The position numbers and the translations under genes were made by a program. DNA of 63,119 bases, counting the filler. It is 9 parts of 9 records of this genome, joined end to end, with 100 filler letters (N's around TTAATTAATTAA, not from the genome) between each part and the next. Parts side by side here need not be neighbours in the genome. Positions count along the whole stretch, not along the records: positions 45,177 to 50,492 come from SRR31156797_84743; positions 50,593 to 55,971 come from SRR31156797_84768; positions 56,072 to 63,119 come from SRR31156797_85023; 6 more parts are not named here. One strand, given 5' to 3'. The notes beneath the pieces were generated by a model that saw only the letters and a list, made by a program, of their open reading frames with translations, ran no database searches and was not told where the DNA came from. The number at the start of each line of letters is the position of its first letter. The stretch's first letter is position 1. This document shows positions 48,777-57,460 of this stretch, in pieces.

Positions 48777-48896
48777 GACAACCGTCCGTGGGGGGTATCA
48801 ATTTTTTTCTTCCGTTTCTTCCCTGCCTGCTTCAAATGATGTGTTGCTGTGTTATATCAACGTTGCCTTTCCCGGCCCCTGCAAATCATGGGGGGA

Positions 48897-50129
48897 TTAA
48901 TTTTGTTCTTCCCTCTTGCCTGCCGCAAACTGCCTGAACCGCTCCGCCTGGGTTTCGTTTCCAAGCTTTGAGTAGATCTCGCTGACCCTGGTAAAGTAGT
49001 AGCTCTGGTTGGCCGGATCCTGGTTGGCCAGCTCAAGGTAGATATCAAGCACCTGGTCGGTGGGCTCTCCCAGCGCCATGCAGGTCTCCGCATACCTGAG
49101 GTTCAGGTTGGGATCCGGTCTTGCCCCGCAGCTGGTGCACCGGTTCATCAGTTCTGTGTAGAGGTCGTTTGCCTCCTGGGGTTTGTCCAGGAGTTCGCAG
49201 GTTCTAGCCAGCTGCCTTACAATGGAGACGTCCCGGTTGCCCGCTTTGATCACATTGTTGTAAAGGGCTTCCGCCTTTGCGACCTCGTCTGATTGTATCA
49301 GGGTCTCTCCCCTCAGGATCTCTATCTCTGAGTTTTTGGTGATGGCATCGGGGCAGGTGTCCAGGTGTTCCAGGGCCAGATCGAATTCATCAAGGGTCCA
49401 CAGGGCCTCGCACAGGATCTGCCATCCCCGGGTCGATTCGGGCAGATGGTCCAGGAATTCAAGGGCCAGCGCTTTTGCCCCCTGGGGATCGTTCTGGTTG
49501 AGACGGCAGGTGGCAAGTTCCAGGTGGATGAAGCTTGTATCCGGTCCATGGTCGGCAAGGGCCGTTTCAAAACAGGCGGATGCCGTGGCAAAATCCCCCT
49601 GGTTCATGGCGATGAAGCCTTTGGCAAAAGTGGAGCCGTAACCGGGATAGGCGTCCTGTTCCTCCGGGGGCAGGGCGTTCAACAGGGCCGTGAAGTACTC
49701 GCTTTCATCCATGTCAAGGTCGCTTGGGTCGGCATCTTCCGCTGTGGTGTCAATGGTTTCCCCGGGATCCACCTCATGGGAGGCGTTGGCCTGGTCCTTC
49801 AGTGTCAGGATTTCCGCCTCCAGGGCCGGGTCTTCCGTCAGGGACATGGCAAGGGTGAGGCGGTCTGCGGCCTCGGCAAAGCAGCCGGCTTCCATGAGTT
49901 CCCCGGCCTTTTGGGTGTGCTGGCGGGCGAGTTCATGTTTTGACCGGGCTATTTTTTCAAGGATTCGCTCCTTGAAACCAGGATCGTCACTGGGGGCGGC
50001 GTCGTTTTTGGCGGCAGCCTTTTCATACTCAAGTTTGGCGGGGCCGAAGGCTCCCTGGTCAAAGTGTCGGTCCCCTTTTTTTTCAATGGCTTCGGGTTTT
50101 TTGCCTGAAAATATGCTGAACAGCCCCAT
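48897..50129 (-). CDS. Tetratricopeptide repeat protein
   Basis: Multiple TPR-like helical repeats; CTSC motif near the C-terminus. Confidence 0.8.
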   Translation of the reverse strand: MGLFSIFSGKKPEAIEKKGDRHFDQGAFGPAKLEYEKAAAKNDAAPSDDPGFKERILEKIARSKHELARQHTQKAGELMEAGCFAEAADRLTLAMSLTEDPALEAEILTLKDQANASHEVDPGETIDTTAEDADPSDLDMDESEYFTALLNALPPEEQDAYPGYGSTFAKGFIAMNQGDFATASACFETALADHGPDTSFIHLELATCRLNQNDPQGAKALALEFLDHLPESTRGWQILCEALWTLDEFDLALEHLDTCPDAITKNSEIEILRGETLIQSDEVAKAEALYNNVIKAGNRDVSIVRQLARTCELLDKPQEANDLYTELMNRCTSCGARPDPNLNLRYAETCMALGEPTDQVLDIYLELANQDPANQSYYFTRVSEIYSKLGNETQAERFRQFAAGKREEQN

Positions 50130-50417
50130 GTGTATCTCCCGGTAAAGTTAATAATCGTGTTTTATTATTGATCGGTCCAGGAACAACCGGACCTGGTAAA
50201 CTAGATAGCATTGATCAAGGGGAAAAGTCCATTTTTTATTGCCCCGGGCCACGATTGACCGGTTGACACAAAGGCGGTTTCTTTATAGGTTGGGCCCGTA
50301 CCGGCAAGGCACCGGTGTTTCACTTGGCGGTTCACGGCAAGGACCGGGCAGCTGCCCGGCCTTGATGGCCAAACCGTGTCCGGCCGTCAACCGACATAAT
50401 CAACCCAGGAGATATCA

Positions 50418-50492
50418 ATGGCGACCCAGAGGAAAAACAGCGGGCAGGGGCTGCCCCCCGGCCTTTCCATTATTCATTCCAACCATCTGGAG
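50418..50492 (+). CDS. recC: Probable exodeoxyribonuclease V gamma subunit, N-terminal fragment
   Basis: SD AGGAG, MATQRKNSGQGLPPGLSIIHSNHLE resembles the RecC HSN.LE start; only 25 codons visible. Confidence 0.55.
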
Positions 50493-50592
50493 NNNNNNNN
50501 NNNNNNNNNNNNNNNNNNNNNNNNNNNNNNNNNNNNTTAATTAATTAANNNNNNNNNNNNNNNNNNNNNNNNNNNNNNNNNNNNNNNNNNNN
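50493..50592. other. Artificial contig spacer
   Basis: N44-TTAATTAATTAA-N44. Confidence 0.98.
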
Positions 50593-50669
50593 TGTTTGCC
50601 GCCCGATTTCAGGAACTCGTTCCAGGTTTTCCACGTATACAGATTCAGCCAATAACGCTTTTCGGCCAT
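50593..50669 (-). CDS. Probable EVE-domain protein, N-terminal fragment
   Basis: MAEKRYWLNLYTWKTWNEFLKSGGK with SD GGGGG. Confidence 0.55.
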
Positions 50670-50834
50670 TTCCACGTTCCCCCGCCAATGAACCGGCGGC
50701 ACCATCATACGATGAATTTCTGCGTATTTACCAATACCTGTTTCAACTCTTGGTATTGGTTTTTCTAATAGAGGTTCTCGATCGAGGTTGAAAAGGAGCC
50801 GGTGGTGGTTTAAGTCGCCAAAGCTAGAAAAAGG

Positions 50835-50863
50835 TTGAAAATTCCTTCTATATAGTATATATT
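50835..50863 (+). promoter_or_regulatory. sigma70-like promoter
   Basis: TTGAAA-N17-TATATT in an AT-rich patch of a GC-rich contig. Confidence 0.6.
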
Positions 50864-51391
50864 CCTAACTAAGTCTCTCCGCTCAAAGGGAGACCCCGCC
50901 GGCATCTCGCTGGGCTGCCGGCCGGGCTGTTGGGTAACTGACCGGGCGGGGCGTTTTGTCGTGGAGCCTAGGACCCTGAAATTACAGGAAAAAACGCCAA
51001 AATGACGATTGGGGACGAGTTTTGACGAGAATCTCTGCGTGCGAATTCCCCCTGTCCCCCGGTTTCCGGGGCGTTGCGGCATATCTCCGTGGCCGGAAAA
51101 TCGTCATTTTTGCCGGCGCCTGCCGCTCGCCGTCGTTTTTTCTGCCTATCGATGAGGCAAAAAAGCCGTTTTCCCCAGGAAATCGACATTGTGCCGTTAT
51201 TTCAGGCACAAACGGGGCTTCCCAGGCGGCGAAAAACCATCCTAAACTCTCGGATCAACCGCGGGGGCGGGACACGATCGTTTCGGTGGGGGGGTCCCAA
51301 AGAATGCCGGTCTGTCGAGCCGTTTCCGTTCGCGGAAATTTTTATCTGTCCCATTCGCAAGGATCGATGGGGGGAAAAAGGAGCCTAACGC

Positions 51392-52795
51392 ATGACGGTC
51401 AACACCTCGGTCGGGACGCTGGAACAACGGCGCGACCCGAACTATATGCCGCCCTTGGGCAAAGCCATTCCGCTCGGCATCCAGCATGTCCTGGCCATGT
51501 TCGTTTCGAACGTCACGCCGGCCATCATCGTCGCCGGCGCCGCCGGTTTCGGCTTCGGGTCGAAATCGCCCGATTTCCCGCAAATGATCTACATGATCCA
51601 GATGTGCATGTTCTTCGCCGGCATCGCCACGTTGATTCAGACCATCGGTATCGGGCCCGTCGGCGCCAAGCTGCCGGTGGTCCAGGGCACCAGCTTCGCC
51701 TTCATCCCGATCATGATCCCGCTGGTCGCCGGCAAGGGCATCGAAGCGATGCCGGCGCTGTTCGGCGGTGTGCTCATCGGCGGCCTGTTCCACGCCTTCC
51801 TGGGCACCTTCATAAAGCGCATCCGCTTCGCCCTGCCGCCGCTGGTCACCGGCCTGGTCGTCCTGATGATCGGGCTGGCCCTGGTCAAGGTCGGCATCCA
51901 GTACGCCGCCGGCGGCGTGCCCGCCATCGGCAAGCCGGAATTCGGCAGCGGCCTTAACTGGTTCGTCGCCATGGTCGTCATCGTCGTCACCTTGGGCTTC
52001 AAGTTCTTCGCCCGCGGCATGCTGTCGGTATCGGCCGTGCTGATCGGCCTGATCGCCGGTTACATCGTCGCCGCCCTGTTCGGCATGGTCAGCTTCGGCA
52101 ATGTCGGCCGCGCCGCCGCCTTCGCCGTGCCCGAGCCCTTCCACTTCGGGTTCGAGTTCAGCCTCGCCGCCGTCATCGGCTTCTGCGCCATGGCGTTCGT
52201 CTCGGCGGTCGAGACCGTCGGCGACGTTTCCGGCATCACCAAGGGCGGCGCCGGGCGCGAAGCCACCGATAAGGAAATCGCCGGCGCCACCTATGCCGAC
52301 GGCTTCGGCACCGCCATCGCCGGCCTGTTCGGCGCCCTGCCGAACACGTCGTTCAGCCAGAACGTCGGCCTGATCGCGATGACCGGCATGATGAGCCGCC
52401 ACGTCGTCACCATCGGCGCCGTTTTCCTGGTCTTCTGCGGCCTGATCCCGAAGGTCGGCGCCATCATCTCGACGGTGCCGATCGAGGTCCTGGGCGGCGG
52501 TGTCGTCGTCATGTTCGGCATGGTCTGCGCCGCCGGCGTCTCGATGCTGGCCGACGTCACCTGGAACCGCCGCAACATGGTCATCTTCGCGGTCTCGCTG
52601 TCGGTCGGTCTCGGCCTGCAGCTGGTCCCGGAATCCTTGCAGCACCTGCCGGGCACGCTCAAGGTCCTGCTCGCCTCGGGCATCCTGCCGTCCGCCTTCC
52701 TGGCGATCATTCTGAACCTGGTTCTGCCGGAAGAACTGGCCGAGGAAAGCACCGAGGAAATCTCCGGCGGCATGGCCGGCCACGACGAAGGCTGA
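51392..52795 (+). CDS. NCS2 family xanthine/uracil permease
   Basis: GIQHVLAMF, LPVVQGTSFAF, ETVGD, NTSFSQNVG NAT motif. Confidence 0.95.
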   Translation: MTVNTSVGTLEQRRDPNYMPPLGKAIPLGIQHVLAMFVSNVTPAIIVAGAAGFGFGSKSPDFPQMIYMIQMCMFFAGIATLIQTIGIGPVGAKLPVVQGTSFAFIPIMIPLVAGKGIEAMPALFGGVLIGGLFHAFLGTFIKRIRFALPPLVTGLVVLMIGLALVKVGIQYAAGGVPAIGKPEFGSGLNWFVAMVVIVVTLGFKFFARGMLSVSAVLIGLIAGYIVAALFGMVSFGNVGRAAAFAVPEPFHFGFEFSLAAVIGFCAMAFVSAVETVGDVSGITKGGAGREATDKEIAGATYADGFGTAIAGLFGALPNTSFSQNVGLIAMTGMMSRHVVTIGAVFLVFCGLIPKVGAIISTVPIEVLGGGVVVMFGMVCAAGVSMLADVTWNRRNMVIFAVSLSVGLGLQLVPESLQHLPGTLKVLLASGILPSAFLAIILNLVLPEELAEESTEEISGGMAGHDEG

Positions 52796-52818
52796 CGAAG
52801 GCTGAAAATCCGTCAAGC

Positions 52819-52843
52819 GGGCGGGGGCCCAAGGCTCCCGCCC
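52819..52843. terminator. GC-rich hairpin between convergent genes
   Basis: GGGCGGGGGCC-CAA-GGCTCCCGCCC. Confidence 0.55.
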
Positions 52844-52898
52844 CGATTGGTTGAATGAAAGACGTCGGCCGCCGGGCGCTTCTGGTTTTCGGGCGCCT

Positions 52899-53222
52899 CT
52901 AGTTTTCCGGTGCTTCCGGGGGCGGGAACATGCGGTCGCCCTGTTCCTCGACGATGCGCTTGCCTTTCTCGACGGCCATGGCGGCCGCATCGTCCTTGGA
53001 ATTGTGGGTGTCGGCGCGGATGAATTTGTGCTCGCGGACCTGCCCGTCGATTTCCTTGGAAATCACGCCGGCGGTCAGCCACTGTCCGCCCTGCGGTTTG
53101 GCCAGGGGCTGGATGGCATAACCCTGATAGTCGACCGCCTCGCCCAGCGGCGCCTCGTCGCCTTGGCCGTTGCCTGGGCCGTTGCCGCCGCCGAACAGTT
53201 TTTTGAAGAATCCGCCTGCCAT
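52899..53222 (-). CDS. HlyU-family (alphaproteobacterial) small protein
   Basis: FFKKLFGG...Y.GY.I......GGQW..AG.I.K......H.FIRAD. Confidence 0.8.
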   Translation of the reverse strand: MAGGFFKKLFGGGNGPGNGQGDEAPLGEAVDYQGYAIQPLAKPQGGQWLTAGVISKEIDGQVREHKFIRADTHNSKDDAAAMAVEKGKRIVEEQGDRMFPPPEAPEN

Positions 53223-53307
53223 GGTTCCTGCCTCCCCAACTTGGTTGTCCGGAGTCTAAATCAAAGCGGGCGGGTGGAAAAGCGAAAGGCGGGCCGGTTC
53301 GGCAGGT

Positions 53308-53943
53308 CTAGGAACTGGCGGGCAGGGGAGGCACGTTCGATCGCTTGCGGCGCTTTTTCAAGTACGCGTAGATCCGCCAGGCCAACAGCAAAGCCAGGAT
53401 CACCGCATAGATCGTTGGTTCGCGATAACCGGCCTTGATCATCAGGAAGAAGTGCAGGACGCCGAGCACGCCGGCGGCATAAACGGCCCTGTGCAGCTTC
53501 TGCCAGCGCCGGCCGCCCAATCGTTTCACCATGCCACGGGTCGAGGTGATCGCCAGCGGCACGAGGATCGCGAATGCCGCCATGCCGATGGTGATGTAGG
53601 TGCGCTTTACGATGTCGGCCCAGATCGCCGCCATATCGAAGAACTGATCCAACCCGGCGTAGCTGAGCAGGTGCAATGTCACATAGAAAAAGGCGTAGAG
53701 CCCGATCATCCGCCGGAAACGGCCGATGACGGTCCAGCCGGTGATCTCGCGGACCGGCGTCACGGCCAGGGCCAAAATCAGGAACCTCAAGCCCCATTCG
53801 CCGAAATGGCGGATGCTCGCCTCGATCGGATTGGCCCCGAGGCCGCCGGTGAAGCCCATCCAGGCCCACGAAAAAACGGGCACCAGGCAGATCACGAAGA
53901 CGGCCGGCTTGGCGATCCGGCGGATGGCGGTCTCGCGTTTCAT
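53308..53943 (-). CDS. msrQ: Heme-binding membrane subunit MsrQ
   Basis: LGANP, RRMIGLYAFFY..LH, PLAITS, W.KLHR.VY. Confidence 0.94.
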   Translation of the reverse strand: MKRETAIRRIAKPAVFVICLVPVFSWAWMGFTGGLGANPIEASIRHFGEWGLRFLILALAVTPVREITGWTVIGRFRRMIGLYAFFYVTLHLLSYAGLDQFFDMAAIWADIVKRTYITIGMAAFAILVPLAITSTRGMVKRLGGRRWQKLHRAVYAAGVLGVLHFFLMIKAGYREPTIYAVILALLLAWRIYAYLKKRRKRSNVPPLPASS

Positions 53944-54011
53944 CGGGCGGGTCTATCGCTCCGGCGGTGGCGGCGATCAGTCTAGCAGGGTTCGGGCGGA
54001 AGCGCCGGGCC

Positions 54012-54962
54012 CTAGAAGGATTTCCTCAGGTCCATGCCGGCGTAAAGCGACGCCACCTCGTCGGCGTAGCCGTTGAAAGGCAGGGTCGGCCGCCTCAGGA
54101 ATTCGCCGATGCGCCGTTCCTTCGCCTGGCTCCAGCGCGGATGGTCGACCGCCGGATTGACGTTGGCGTAAAACCCGTATTCGTGCGCCGCCTGGCCGTT
54201 CCAGGTGGTCGGCGGCTCCTTCTCGGTGAAACTGATGCGGACGATCGATTTGATCGACTTGAAGCCGTATTTCCACGGCACCACCAGGCGGATCGGGGCG
54301 CCGTTCTGGTTCGGCAGCTCTTCGCCGTAGAGACCGACGGATAGCAGCGCCAGCGGGTTCATCGCCTCGTCCATGCGCAGCCCCTCGACATAGGGCCAGG
54401 GCAGGATCGGGCGGTTCTGGCCGGGCATTTCCGAAGGTCTTACGATGGTCTCGAACGCCACGTATTTGGCGTCGCCCGTCGGCTCGAAACGCGCAATAAC
54501 GTCGGCCAGCGGGATGCCGACCCAGGGGATGACCATCGACCAGGCCTCGACGCAGCGCAGCCGGTAGATGCGTTCCTCCAGCTGGTGCGGGCTGATCAGG
54601 TCCTCGTAGGCGATGTCGCCCGGCTTGGCGCAGGCACCGTCGACGCGCACCGTCCAGGGCTTCGGCTTGAAGTCCTTGCTGTTCTTGATCGGATCGCCCT
54701 TGTCGGTGCCGAATTCGTAGAAGTTGTTGTAACTGGTCGCCGACATCATGGTCGTCACTTCCTCGTCGGTCGACAATGGGCTTTTCATGACGCCGTCCAA
54801 CTTGCGCCCGGCCCAGGCGGACGAAGGCAGCAACTGCCCGGCGGCGAGCCCGATGGACCCGACCGCCGCGGTCTTGAGGAATTTGCGGCGATCGTCGAAA
54901 ACGGATTTAGGCGTGATCTCGGAAGGCTTGACGTCGGATGATTTGGCAAATCGGAACAGCAT
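54012..54962 (-). CDS. msrP: Periplasmic methionine sulfoxide reductase catalytic subunit MsrP
   Basis: Tat [37 protein letters not shown]. Confidence 0.96.
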   Translation of the reverse strand: MLFRFAKSSDVKPSEITPKSVFDDRRKFLKTAAVGSIGLAAGQLLPSSAWAGRKLDGVMKSPLSTDEEVTTMMSATSYNNFYEFGTDKGDPIKNSKDFKPKPWTVRVDGACAKPGDIAYEDLISPHQLEERIYRLRCVEAWSMVIPWVGIPLADVIARFEPTGDAKYVAFETIVRPSEMPGQNRPILPWPYVEGLRMDEAMNPLALLSVGLYGEELPNQNGAPIRLVVPWKYGFKSIKSIVRISFTEKEPPTTWNGQAAHEYGFYANVNPAVDHPRWSQAKERRIGEFLRRPTLPFNGYADEVASLYAGMDLRKSF

Positions 54963-54974
54963 ATGATCGGTCCC

Positions 54975-55475
54975 CTACTTCGCGGCCAGCTCGGCCATGA
55001 TTTCCGGCCAGTTTCTATCGCCCTTGGATATGTTGCCGGGGATGTCCTTGGTCCAGTTTTTCTGAACCGATTTATTATAGTTCAGATACAGCTTGCCGTC
55101 CTCGATGTGCCAGGCGGCGGGATCGATCTTGGCGGTGTAGCCCTGCGACACGGCCCAGGCGCAGAAGCCGCCGTATTGCGGGGCGTATTTGGCGGGCTCG
55201 GCCTCGAACCTGGCCTTGTTGTCGGGATTGGCAAAATGCCAGGTCGCGCCTTTCCATTCGGTGCTGTGCGCCTCGGCGCCCTTGATGGGCTTGCCGTCGG
55301 TGAAATAGGCGACCGGGTCGTAGCCGGCGATCGCCGCGCCGCGCGCGCTAAAGACCGTCTCGCCGGCACCGGCCGTGCCGATGATGGTGAAAACGGCAAC
55401 GGCGGCGGCGGTCGTCAAAAGCAGGTAACGAATGAAGGGTGCGAAATCGAAACGCGCTGTCTGGTATTCTTTCAT
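54975..55475 (-). CDS. Secreted YHS-domain protein
   Basis: AI.GYDPVAYF, P.KYAPQYGGFCAW, DGKLYLN. Confidence 0.9.
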   Translation of the reverse strand: MKEYQTARFDFAPFIRYLLLTTAAAVAVFTIIGTAGAGETVFSARGAAIAGYDPVAYFTDGKPIKGAEAHSTEWKGATWHFANPDNKARFEAEPAKYAPQYGGFCAWAVSQGYTAKIDPAAWHIEDGKLYLNYNKSVQKNWTKDIPGNISKGDRNWPEIMAELAAK

Positions 55476-55736
55476 GGCACTGACCGCTCCCATAGGGCGG
55501 TTCCCGATCAAGGGTTAAATAAATGGGGGTGCTTGACGATCCTCCCGCAGAAAATTTAGGGGGCGCCGGGTGGATAGGCGAATAACAAGCCCGTGATGGA
55601 TGGAATTCGCGCAAATCTTGGGGATTGACGACTTTTTAATGTCCTGGCGTTACTCTTGGGTTTGATCGCTTGCCGCCGTCCATGGACTGTGGCATTCCTA
55701 TGGGTACGGGCGGCTTGTGGGTGTGGGGAGTTTGCC

Positions 55737-55971
55737 TTGAGGGTTCTGTATCACCTCTGGTTGTCGCCTTTCTGCCGGAAGGTGCGAATCGTACTCGACG
55801 AAAAACGCATCGAGTTCGAGATGCGCACCGAACAGGTGTGGGAACGGCGCGACGCCTTTCTGGCGCTCAATCCGGCCGGCGAGGTGCCGGTGCTGGTCGA
55901 GCCGGACGGAACGGCGCTGTCGGGCAGCGACGCCATCTGCGAATGCCTCGACGAGATCAATCCGGAACCGT
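55737..55971 (+). CDS. Glutathione S-transferase family protein, FzlA-like (3' truncated)
   Basis: LYH..LSPFCRKVR..L.EK, WERR..FLALNPAGEVPVL; TTG start after GGGGAG. Confidence 0.85.
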
Positions 55972-56071
55972 NNNNNNNNNNNNNNNNNNNNNNNNNNNNN
56001 NNNNNNNNNNNNNNNTTAATTAATTAANNNNNNNNNNNNNNNNNNNNNNNNNNNNNNNNNNNNNNNNNNNN
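55972..56071. other. Artificial contig spacer
   Basis: N44-TTAATTAATTAA-N44. Confidence 0.98.
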
Positions 56072-56166
56072 TAGCGCCAGTCGCAGAGGCAGAGCCTGTC
56101 GTCCAGGCTTCCCAGGATCAGCTCTCCGACGGGGCTTTTATAATTCCTTATGCATATCTTGTTCAT
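56072..56166 (-). CDS. ogt: Methylated-DNA-protein-cysteine methyltransferase, N-terminal fragment
   Basis: MNKICIRNYKSPVGELILGS....LCLCDWR; SD GAGG. Confidence 0.7.
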
Positions 56167-56314
56167 ACACCTCACCGGCTTAATCAGCTACGCTTCGTTC
56201 TCTCCGATTATACAACGGATCCCTTTCCTCGTGGTTTCCGCCGCCGGGTTTTTTTCCAGGGGATATAACTTTATGGCTTTTTGCATGAATCTTTGCTTAT
56301 AATTAACTGTAGCC

Positions 56315-57445
56315 ATGGTCCGGAAAAGAATCGTCTGTTCAATCTTATCACTCCTCATTCTCACCATATCAGTGAACGCCCAGGATTCCGATCCCAAGAG
56401 TATCATTCTGGCCGTCTCGGCAGAGGAGGGTGCCTCGCCGGGTATGCTGGGCAGCGTGATCGCCGATTCCATGGCTCTGGAGTTTCTGCTGAACGATTTC
56501 CGGGTCCGCATAAGCGATCCGGCGGAGGACGGGACGTCTCCGGAACGGAGGAGGGCCCTTCTGATGGCAGAGACAGCCGCCTTCGGCGGACTCTATCTGC
56601 TGGAAGGGCGCTACAGGGTTGAGGATGATCGTGTCGCCCTTCGTATCGAATGCCTGCGAACGGACCGGGAGACGGCCGTGTATACAGGAGAGGAAGAGCA
56701 TCCCGTCGATCTGAATCTGGATAACGTCATCCAGCTTTTCATACGCAAGGTTATCACAGAGATCCGGAGGGATCTGGGTGAAGATCCTGTCTACGCTGCC
56801 GTTACTGTGAGCGAAGAGGAGCCGGCCGGACAGGAAGATACGGAAGAGACCGAGGAGGGGCCGCGGGATGATGAGGAGATAGCGGAGAAACCGGGCGGAG
56901 AGCCTTCGGTTGAGGAAGATCCCGAAGGACAGCAGGACCGGAGCGTTCCCTCCGATACTCCCGGAGCCGGCCTGACTGTGGCGGCTGAGCTGGGTCTCTT
57001 TATTCCGGTGGGCAAATCGGGGGACTACTTCGACATGGGTTCCGTACCGGCTCTTACGGCCCTCTATCCCCTGACCCTTCCCTTCGGAACCCTGGAGATC
57101 GGCGGGTATATCTCCCTGAATGTCATCCATGCCGAGGGCCGCATGAACAGCTCGCAAAACCTGCTGTTCTTCTTCGCCCCTCAGGTCCGGTACAGGATCC
57201 CTCTGGGAGACCGGTTCGCCCTCTCGGTCAGGCTGGCCGCCGGGGGATCGCTGCTTATGGTCAATCGCAACGGAGAGGGGTATCAGGGTGTGATGATCCC
57301 CGCCGTTCAGACGGGGCTGGGGGGGGAGTTCGCCTTCAGAGAGCGCTTCGGGTTCCTCTGGGGAGCCGATCTCTCCATGAGCTTTGAAGAATCCGTCACC
57401 ATAACGGGAATTCAGCCCTCCGCAGGGGTATATTACAGATTATAG
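56315..57445 (+). CDS. Hypothetical exported protein with a probable C-terminal beta-barrel
   Basis: Signal peptide, acidic linker, amphipathic strands ending AGVYYRL. Confidence 0.7.
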   Translation: MVRKRIVCSILSLLILTISVNAQDSDPKSIILAVSAEEGASPGMLGSVIADSMALEFLLNDFRVRISDPAEDGTSPERRRALLMAETAAFGGLYLLEGRYRVEDDRVALRIECLRTDRETAVYTGEEEHPVDLNLDNVIQLFIRKVITEIRRDLGEDPVYAAVTVSEEEPAGQEDTEETEEGPRDDEEIAEKPGGEPSVEEDPEGQQDRSVPSDTPGAGLTVAAELGLFIPVGKSGDYFDMGSVPALTALYPLTLPFGTLEIGGYISLNVIHAEGRMNSSQNLLFFFAPQVRYRIPLGDRFALSVRLAAGGSLLMVNRNGEGYQGVMIPAVQTGLGGEFAFRERFGFLWGADLSMSFEESVTITGIQPSAGVYYRL

Positions 57446-57460
57446 GGAAGGCGGCTGAGT

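Noticed and set aside
50344-50359. Perfect 16-bp palindrome CCGGGCAGCTGCCCGG upstream of the recC-like start
   Set aside because: Single GC-rich occurrence with no recognisable operator consensus.
51290-51391. Purine or xanthine riboswitch directly upstream of the NCS2 permease
   Set aside because: Only a short hairpin (TTTCCG-TTCG-CGGAAA); conserved aptamer cores not found by eye.
52784-52805. 10-bp tandem duplication GACGAAGGCT across the permease stop codon
   Set aside because: Two copies only; likely a local slippage with no mobile element nearby.
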